NCBI GenBank assembly: GCA_043803745.1
Contig: JAZDJS010000026.1
Span: 1-64,000 of the forward strand
Direction: 5' to 3'
From: an archaeon
GTDB taxonomy: Archaea > SpSt-1190 > DYHY01
DNA length: 64,000 bases
The number at the start of each line of letters is the position of its first letter. Position 1 is the stretch's first letter. The notes below the pieces were generated by a model. It was given only the letters and a program-made list of their open reading frames with translations, made no database searches and was not told the origin of the DNA. Made by a program: the position numbers and the translations under genes. Of the stretch, positions 57,185 through 64,000 are shown one piece after another.

Positions 57185-58482
57185 ACTTCCCTATTGGTGA
57201 GCGCCCTGAAGCCAATTACAAGCGCGTGCAAAAGCTTGCCAGGGGCGAAAATCTTCCCCGCCAGGGTCATCGGGTTGAGATAATAATTCACAAGCAGCCG
57301 TCTTTTGAAACTCCAAAGCCGGGCTCCACCCCCTTTGTTCAATGTTATGCTTTTTCCAAGGAAGACGCGCTTCGCTTCTGAGCGCCCCTCTTCCGGATAT
57401 TGCACGAAATTGGAAATCTGGACAACGTCGGGCGTTATCCTGAAGACGAGCTCGTATGTTTTTTGGAGGTCGCTTTCGGTTTCCCCCGGACAGCCCACAA
57501 TGAAATATGCCTGCGTCCGTATGCCCGCCTTTTTCGCCCTGGCGAAAGTGGACTCTATTCCCCTGACGGAAGTTCTTTTGTTCAGCCTGTCAAGGAGCTC
57601 CTGGCTTCCGGATTCAACTCCGAAGGCAATCAGTTTGCACCCGGCGGCCTTCATGAGGCGCAGTTCTGCCAAGCCAACCGAATCAACCCGTTCCTTGCAA
57701 AACCATTCTATCCTCCCTCCGAGCCCCCGTGAAATTATCTCCTTGCAGAAACTTCGGAGCCATTCCTTTCGGAAGCCGAATATGTCGTCCAGGAAAGCGA
57801 AGCGACGTATCCTTTTTTGCTTGAGCAGGTTTTCCATCAGATTCACGACCTGCTCCGGAGGATAGGCCCTCCAAACACTTCCAGACACGGAAGGGACAAC
57901 GCAGAAAGAACACTTGTAAGGACAGCCCGCGCTTGCTCCAACAATTGCGCAGGGCCCTATTATGAACTCCTTGATGATTCCGTAATGGATTGGACCGCCC
58001 AATTTCCTTGAAAAACAAACCCGCCTACGCCCGCCGCTCGGCAAAATGCAGTTCTTCCCAATCAGCTTCCAGTTGCGTTCGAAGCACATTCTCACAAGAG
58101 TTTCTTCGGCAAACCCCGCGACAACCGCGCTTGCTCCTGAGGATTTCAGCGCAGCATGAGGAGTCAAGGTTGCATGCGGGCCCCCGAGGATGCAAAGAAA
58201 ACCCCGGCGCCTCAGCCCGGAGCAAAGACGGCAAATCTCTGGAAAAGACTCGCTGTACGTGTAAAGGCCCACGAAGGCGGGATTCAGGGCGGAAACAAAC
58301 TCCAGGAAAGCCGTGTCCGAGGGGAAATCTCCCGCACGAACCAGTTTGGCTTCAACTCCCGCCGCGCCCAGGGCGGAGGACAGTTTCAGCAGCCCGAGCG
58401 GGACATCCACCAGGCTTTTTCTGGATGCGCCCGGAGCAACAAGAAGAATTTTGGATGCCCAGGGCGCGGTGGCTGCGTTCAT
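57169..58482 (-). CDS. cobalamin-binding radical SAM protein
   Basis: PLGLLKL, GGPHAT, GCPYKCSFC, FLDD.F, GVESGS, G.PGET. Confidence 0.9.
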   Translation of the reverse strand: MNAATAPWASKILLVAPGASRKSLVDVPLGLLKLSSALGAAGVEAKLVRAGDFPSDTAFLEFVSALNPAFVGLYTYSESFPEICRLCSGLRRRGFLCILGGPHATLTPHAALKSSGASAVVAGFAEETLVRMCFERNWKLIGKNCILPSGGRRRVCFSRKLGGPIHYGIIKEFIIGPCAIVGASAGCPYKCSFCVVPSVSGSVWRAYPPEQVVNLMENLLKQKRIRRFAFLDDIFGFRKEWLRSFCKEIISRGLGGRIEWFCKERVDSVGLAELRLMKAAGCKLIAFGVESGSQELLDRLNKRTSVRGIESTFARAKKAGIRTQAYFIVGCPGETESDLQKTYELVFRITPDVVQISNFVQYPEEGRSEAKRVFLGKSITLNKGGGARLWSFKRRLLVNYYLNPMTLAGKIFAPGKLLHALVIGFRALTNREVYPEK

Positions 58483-58546
58483 TCTCGGGGAATCCCGCCC
58501 GGCGCGAATAAAAAGCTTGCCAGCCGGCGATTCCCGCGGTCAAGCG

Positions 58547-60496
58547 CTAAGCCAGAAGGAGGGGGAGAAAGCCCGCAACCGAAGCCGCCAGCAAAAACGT
58601 GGAGGACCACAGCCGATTTTCGGCGGAAGCATAGCTGAACGAAAGTTCAAATTCCTCCCCCGGAGCAACTTCAAAGTATACTCCGCATCCGCGCGCACCC
58701 GGCCGCGCCGAGTTACCAGCCTTTCCGTTGATTGAAAGCGAGATTTGCGGGTCGTAAACGAGAGGAAAGAAGCCCTTTGTCGAGTTGCACTTGCCAAGAA
58801 TCGAACCCCCGCTCTTCCGGTATGAGCACCCGACTTCCGAGGCGAGGCTTCTGAGATTCCTGTCGAAAACGGATATGTCGGAAAATTCGGCGACTTTTTC
58901 ACCGCTTTGGGGAGCGCCCCCGGGATTTCCGAAACTGAATTCCCTGGCTATTTCCAGCGCATCCTTCTCGTCCTCGACAGCCTCTTCCACTTGGAGCCGG
59001 CCCACCGGATAAAGAACCCCATAGTACTCTCCGGCGGGCCTCACCTGAAGAAGCTTCAGGAAGAAACCCCCGGACCTTTGGGAGTTGTCGACGATGACAG
59101 ACGTCTTTTTCGGGAAGGGCGGGGCGTTCTCAACGGACCAGGCAAGAAGCTCCGAGTCGGAATCTTCCATCCTCCCGGACAATACGGCCGCGTTCGGAAA
59201 CTTCCCGTGTTCCTTTTCAAAGTCGTAATGCAGGGCCTTGCCGAAGGAATCCGGCCCCCCCGAGAGGGCGCCAACGAAGAAAAAGAACTGAACTGCGAAG
59301 AGCAGGGTTGCCACAATGGTCGCCGGAAGAAAGGCCGATTTTTCCCCGTCTTGCGAGGGGATAAGCTCGCCCACCAAGAGAGCCGCGCCAACCCAAATGA
59401 CCGGCACCAGATAGTAGCCCAGAAAAGCCTCCAGATAGACGCTTCCGGAAAAATTCAAAAGCGCCCCCAAAAGGAGAACAACCCCAAAGGACGCGTATCT
59501 TTCGACAGTTTCCGATTTCCGTTTGGAAAAAACTAGCGAGACTGCGCCCAGAAGGCCCCCGAAAAGGAGGATTGGCGCAATCGAGCTCTGATAAAGGAAA
59601 TTCGGAACGAATGTTTTGGAATTTTCAGGCCTTGCAAGGCTGAGGTCCTGGAAGAAGTGCGAAAACACCTCGGCGATGGGAAGACTGAGGAGCCCGCTGT
59701 AGAAAACCAGAAACGCACCGAACGCCATTATGGGAAGCGCGACCAGGGCGGCAAGCGACGCGAGCCCCCCCGTCCCAGACCTCCTGCGGAAGACGCGCGA
59801 AACCAGCTCTCGCAGAAAAACGACGGCGGCAACGGAGACGAACGTCCCGTTGTGAAAAAGGTAGGCGCTTCCGCCCAGAAGGAAAGAGGCAACCGGCCCG
59901 ATGCGCTTTCCCATCAGCAGGGGCATTGAAACTGCCAACGCGAGGTAAACCGAATAGTTCCCTATTATGAACTGCTGGTGCGGCTGCAGGACCGCCCACG
60001 CGACTGCCGCAGCAAACCCGCTCGCGCGTTTGTCTCTTGTTGAAAGTACGATCGAAACCGGAACCGAGGCGAAAGCGAGAAAAAGCGCAAGCCTCCACGA
60101 AAACTCCCCGCTTGCGGGAATGAAAAGCGAGACAACCCCGGAAATGAACGTCAGGATGAATTTGTTTATGTGGACCGGCGATATCAGGCGAAAGTTCGAA
60201 TAAGCGTCATCCGAAAGAAAAAGCTTTCTTGCCCCGTCGAAAAACGCGTACTGGAGCGGAGAGTCCCCGACCAGAGGGATCCCTCCGGAAAACCCCCCCA
60301 TCGAAAGGAACTGGACGAATGCAATGCAGATTATGGAGACGAGCCTTGCCTTCGGGTGGCGCAGCCCAAGAAGAAAAAGCAGGGCGAATGCAGCAGTTTT
60401 TCCCAGGGCGGTTGCGGGCGAGAGCGAAGGCATTGCGAGAACGCTGAAAACCAGCAAAACAAGCAGAAACGGGAACCTTGTTGATTGGCCGGACAT
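58547..60496 (-). CDS. polytopic membrane protein, GT-C-like, related in layout to 10206-12398
   Basis: GD.P.QY loop, >10 TM helices, soluble C-terminal domain ending Y.P..., final TM. Confidence 0.6.
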   Translation of the reverse strand: MSGQSTRFPFLLVLLVFSVLAMPSLSPATALGKTAAFALLFLLGLRHPKARLVSIICIAFVQFLSMGGFSGGIPLVGDSPLQYAFFDGARKLFLSDDAYSNFRLISPVHINKFILTFISGVVSLFIPASGEFSWRLALFLAFASVPVSIVLSTRDKRASGFAAAVAWAVLQPHQQFIIGNYSVYLALAVSMPLLMGKRIGPVASFLLGGSAYLFHNGTFVSVAAVVFLRELVSRVFRRRSGTGGLASLAALVALPIMAFGAFLVFYSGLLSLPIAEVFSHFFQDLSLARPENSKTFVPNFLYQSSIAPILLFGGLLGAVSLVFSKRKSETVERYASFGVVLLLGALLNFSGSVYLEAFLGYYLVPVIWVGAALLVGELIPSQDGEKSAFLPATIVATLLFAVQFFFFVGALSGGPDSFGKALHYDFEKEHGKFPNAAVLSGRMEDSDSELLAWSVENAPPFPKKTSVIVDNSQRSGGFFLKLLQVRPAGEYYGVLYPVGRLQVEEAVEDEKDALEIAREFSFGNPGGAPQSGEKVAEFSDISVFDRNLRSLASEVGCSYRKSGGSILGKCNSTKGFFPLVYDPQISLSINGKAGNSARPGARGCGVYFEVAPGEEFELSFSYASAENRLWSSTFLLAASVAGFLPLLLA

Positions 60497-60535
60497 TAGT
60501 TTGACTGGCCGCTTGGCCGCAAATTATAACTCTTT

Positions 60536-61933
60536 CTAGGTGGGATATGTGTGGCCGAGAAGCTCCCTTCCTTCCGGGGTCTTCGAATATTCGTAAACGT
60601 CAACCTGCCTTGAATAGTCGACGTTGTGCTGGGTCGAGATGTCGGCTATGTGGAGCTGGAGCATGTCGCGCCGGTCAAGAGACTTGTATATGCCCGCTAT
60701 CCTGTCGAACCCGCTTCCAAGAAGGGAAACAAGAACCTTGCGATTCTCATTCTCAAACAAAATCGGAAACGCGCTGATAAGGGCCGTCATCCCATTCCGC
60801 CCCTTGAGAAACCCTTCGAGCCCCTTGCTGACGGAGTTGAGGAAGCTTTCCGTGAAGAGCGGGGTGTAGAACCCCTTTTCATCCACTTTCAACAGTATGG
60901 AATATCCCCGCCCCCATGCGAATTTCCGGGCAGCGTCCCTTCCAAAGAGCCGTTCTATGCAGTCAAGGGCGAGCCGTCGGGTCCTTAGGAGGCTTTCGAA
61001 ATCTGAGGATTTCACCCGTCCCTCCGTCTGCGCCTCAAGGAGCTTTATTATGTCGGACGAAGTGAGAAGCCAGTCGTGCTTTATTTTCAGTTTCCCGTAC
61101 GGCTTCATCGGGTGGAACATCACCCTCGCCGCCCCGTTCTTCGCGGCAAAGTCGAGTATTCCCGAAACCTCCCCGTCATTCACGCCCTTGGCGATTGTGG
61201 CAACGAGGCAAGTGGGGATCCCTTCAGCCCGGAGGTTTTCAAAGGCGGAAAGCTTGGCTTTCAAAAGATTCTTCCCCTTCATTTTCACGTATGCTGAACC
61301 ATTCAGGGAATCGAAAGAAAGGTTGACCAGGCTTATGCGCGCCGCCTTCATTTTCTTCACGAACGGCCTGCTCGCAAGCCTTTTTCCGTTCGTATAAAGG
61401 ACAACGAAATTCCCGCTCTCCCTGAAAGTTTCGACAATTTCAAGGAAATCCTTGTGGATTGTGGGCTCTCCCCCGACAAGGAGGATCTCCTTTCCCCTGA
61501 GGGACGCCCTTTCTATCACGGACTTGATTTCCGCGACGGTCAGCTGTTTTTTCCGGGTGATGGAACTTTCGCACATGAAATCCCTTGCAATGCAGACCGA
61601 ACAGTTCGCGTTGCAGCGCGGCGTCACGAAGAAGCCTATCGCATGGGAGCTGACCTTGCCGAGGTCTTCCACCCTTGCCTGAGCCGGGTCGGACTCGGGC
61701 GGGAACGAATCGATCGTCCTCCTGAAGAAATCCGCATCGTTCTCAACGAGGCACCGTTCATGGACCCCGCAAGGAACGCAGTCTTTTTCAAGAAAAATCC
61801 GTCCGTTTTCCTCGGAAATTTCGCCGCTAACTTTCCCAAAGCACTTTGAACAGAGACTTTCCGTCCTGTAGAGGGGGACTGCGCCCCGCAATTGAGTTTC
61901 CTGCAGTTGGACTTGCGTGGATGAACTCGCCAT
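60536..61933 (-). CDS. radical SAM protein, Tes/MJ0619 (tetraether synthase) family homolog, divergent
   Basis: N-terminal TESLCSKC...I.LEKDC..C..H...D..FF rubredoxin-like motif; RCNANCSVC; GGEPTIH; TNG; SFD; KGVND.E; C-terminal N.D..R...TPEGR. Confidence 0.8.
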   Translation of the reverse strand: MASSSTQVQLQETQLRGAVPLYRTESLCSKCFGKVSGEISEENGRIFLEKDCVPCGVHERCLVENDADFFRRTIDSFPPESDPAQARVEDLGKVSSHAIGFFVTPRCNANCSVCIARDFMCESSITRKKQLTVAEIKSVIERASLRGKEILLVGGEPTIHKDFLEIVETFRESGNFVVLYTNGKRLASRPFVKKMKAARISLVNLSFDSLNGSAYVKMKGKNLLKAKLSAFENLRAEGIPTCLVATIAKGVNDGEVSGILDFAAKNGAARVMFHPMKPYGKLKIKHDWLLTSSDIIKLLEAQTEGRVKSSDFESLLRTRRLALDCIERLFGRDAARKFAWGRGYSILLKVDEKGFYTPLFTESFLNSVSKGLEGFLKGRNGMTALISAFPILFENENRKVLVSLLGSGFDRIAGIYKSLDRRDMLQLHIADISTQHNVDYSRQVDVYEYSKTPEGRELLGHTYPT

Positions 61934-62063
61934 GCTTCCGGGGGGCAATCTCTCTTTATTATAGTTATTGGTGCCCGGAACGCCCGTCCGCTCTTTTTGC
62001 GAAACGCGGAGGCGCCCGGCCCGTTGAACAGGTTTTATATATTCGGCCGGAACTGCTGCGGGA

Positions 62064-63440
62064 ATGGCGCTCATGAGGCCGGGCCCGGAGTTTCCGATAA
62101 AGCGCGTTCTCCTAGTGCTCCCCCCTTGCCCGGAAGAGATACTGGCCGGGCGCAAGGGAGTTTCCTACAGCAAAGAAAATCCGCTGGGGCTCCTCGAGCT
62201 TTCGCGAAGCCTTCGGGCCGCGGGAATTTCCGCGAAAGTCCTTGATTTGGGGAACAACGATTTTTCCCCGGGGACCTTTGAGCGGGAGATACTCAGCTTC
62301 AAGCCGGGCATCGTCGGATTTTCGGCCACGATAATCACCTTAACGGAAGTTGCCAAAATGGTCGGCTCCGCCAAGCGGCTCGGCTGCCTGACCGTCGTCG
62401 GCGGGCGCATAACCTCGATGCTTTCGGGCAGGGAGCTCTCCCGTCTTGGCGCGGATGCGGTGGTTTTCGGGGCGGGCGCAGACCCCCTTTTGGAAATGTG
62501 CAAGTCGAGAAACTGGTCCGCAATCCCCCGTGTTCTCGCTCATGGGCGCGGCGCCTCGAAGGCGAAACGACCGAGCCTGCAGAAAAGCCGGAAACTCAAG
62601 CTCACCGGACGCCCGCCATCCTCGATCTCACCGGCCAACAAATCGTTCGCGTTCATAATAGCGAGCTTCGGGTGCCCCTACTCGTGCAACTTCTGCTCGG
62701 AGTTCGTCGAAACCGACCGGGTCTGGCAGGCCTATGAGCCGGAAAGCGTCGTCAAGGAACTGGCGCGGCTTGCGGACAAAGGGGTCAAGGGAGCTTTTTT
62801 CTATGACAGCATATTCGGATTTGAAAGGAAGTGGCTTTGCGAGTTCTGCAACCGGATGATTGAAACCGGGATTGGGAAGCGCATCTGGTGGCAATGCTTC
62901 AGGAGGGTTGACGAGGTTGACGAAGAAATCCTTTCCCTGATGAAGCGCGCGGGATGCAACATGATTTTTTTCGGGGTCGAATCCGGAAGCGACCGCGTTC
63001 TGAAGCTAATGAACAAGGGAATAACCACGAGGCAAACGCGCGAAGCATTCTCGGCAACGAGGAGGGCCGGAATATTCGCGTATGCCGCAATAATGCTGGG
63101 ATATCCCGGGGAAACCCGGCGCGACCTGGAGCTGACGAAAAAGCTCCTCATCGAAATCGAGCCGGATTTTTTCCACATGAGCTATTTCATACCGCTTCCT
63201 AGGACAAAGGCGGCGAAAAAGGGGCGCGTGCGGGGGGGCTGCGCGGACTTTTACGGCGAATCCCCGAGAAAATACCAAGGCATCCTCGACTTTGACCAGC
63301 TCGCGGCCGCGAAAAAGGAAATTCACAGGGCGTTCTACCTGAGGCCCTCGCGGCTTTTCAAGATTCTCCTGCAGTCGAAGGGGAGCCCGCGGACGCTCTC
63401 AATTCTTTTGAGCCCGCTTGTCACCTCATTCAGGAAATAG
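62064..63440 (+). CDS. cobalamin-binding radical SAM protein
   Basis: PLGLLEL, VVGG, GCPYSCNFC, GVESGS, GYPGET. Confidence 0.9.
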   Translation: MALMRPGPEFPIKRVLLVLPPCPEEILAGRKGVSYSKENPLGLLELSRSLRAAGISAKVLDLGNNDFSPGTFEREILSFKPGIVGFSATIITLTEVAKMVGSAKRLGCLTVVGGRITSMLSGRELSRLGADAVVFGAGADPLLEMCKSRNWSAIPRVLAHGRGASKAKRPSLQKSRKLKLTGRPPSSISPANKSFAFIIASFGCPYSCNFCSEFVETDRVWQAYEPESVVKELARLADKGVKGAFFYDSIFGFERKWLCEFCNRMIETGIGKRIWWQCFRRVDEVDEEILSLMKRAGCNMIFFGVESGSDRVLKLMNKGITTRQTREAFSATRRAGIFAYAAIMLGYPGETRRDLELTKKLLIEIEPDFFHMSYFIPLPRTKAAKKGRVRGGCADFYGESPRKYQGILDFDQLAAAKKEIHRAFYLRPSRLFKILLQSKGSPRTLSILLSPLVTSFRK

Positions 63441-63518
63441 CGGGGAACGGGCGCGCCTTGGATTTCCGAAGAACAAGGAGACGTCACATTTATTAACGAA
63501 CCCCTGCGGGGGCTGCCG

Positions 63519-64000
63519 ATGAAGCCGGGGAAACTGATTCTTGCAGCGATGCTAATCTCGTTGACCGTTCTTTCCGGGTGCAGCATGAGCCTCGGCGACA
63601 ACGTCCAGTTCGGGCAATTCGGGAAGGAGGTCCTGGCCGAAACGGCCCGGACGTATGAAGGGGATTTTCTCCCCCTTCAGGAGGAATATCGCGCCGAGAT
63701 GCTCCTCTCGGCAGCGAACGGGACGTTCGCCTATTCGGAAACCCGGCGCTCCCTCTCGCGCGCCAACGCATGGAGCAACCTGCATCGGCTGATCTCGCCC
63801 CTTTATTCGTGCTTCGACATCTCGTTCGATTCCCCGCCGCAGAGATTCATTTGCCCTGACGAGTTCAAGAGCTTCAGCGACTTTAGGGAGGACATTTATT
63901 CGGTTGCGCTCTCAAGGAACTCGGTCGCTTCCCGCGTCCCCTCCCTTTTCGCAATACACTATCCGTTCCCGGTTCTGACGGTCAACGGACAGGGCATGAA
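63519..64000 (+). CDS. putative lipoprotein, partial (runs off the window)
   Basis: Manual translation MKPGKLILAAMLISLTVLSGCSMS... with lipobox LSGC; open to the window end. Confidence 0.65.
   Translation, partial: MKPGKLILAAMLISLTVLSGCSMSLGDNVQFGQFGKEVLAETARTYEGDFLPLQEEYRAEMLLSAANGTFAYSETRRSLSRANAWSNLHRLISPLYSCFDISFDSPPQRFICPDEFKSFSDFREDIYSVALSRNSVASRVPSLFAIHYPFPVLTVNGQGM

Overview
A 64 kb piece of a compact, GC-rich archaeal chromosome. TFB, Spt5, PCNA, Rpo5, TFS, EndA, ABCE1, Sec61-gamma/SecE and Trm1 are all archaeal types. Dense packing, apparently leaderless genes and giant surface proteins suggest a DPANN-type organism (inference). Most genes are housekeeping: eno, elp3, pepA, ftsZ-secE-spt5-rpl11, scpAB, maf, a DRG GTPase and nadM. 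Unusual parts: (1) a 16 kb surface-structure operon with an RHH regulator behind palindromic operators, two colinear giant paralogs (1970 and 2438 aa), a PGF-pre-PGF protein with a dockerin-like tail, and a membrane-anchored cohesin-like protein; (2) a ~230 nt structured intergenic RNA candidate with ykkC/guanidine-I-like motifs upstream of an EamA transporter; (3) a stack of IS200/IS605-end-like palindromes with a diverged copy 30 kb away; (4) Rpo5 fused to a SAP-like domain, next to a CBS+HPF ribosome-hibernation-factor-like gene; (5) a eukaryote-like topoisomerase IB; (6) two loci pairing B12-radical SAM enzymes with GT-C-like membrane proteins, one including a divergent tetraether-synthase (Tes/MJ0619) homolog; (7) a methyltransferase frameshifted at a C8 tract. 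I saw no tRNA, rRNA, CRISPR array, transposase or reverse transcriptase. All calls come from motif recognition by eye; no database searches were run.
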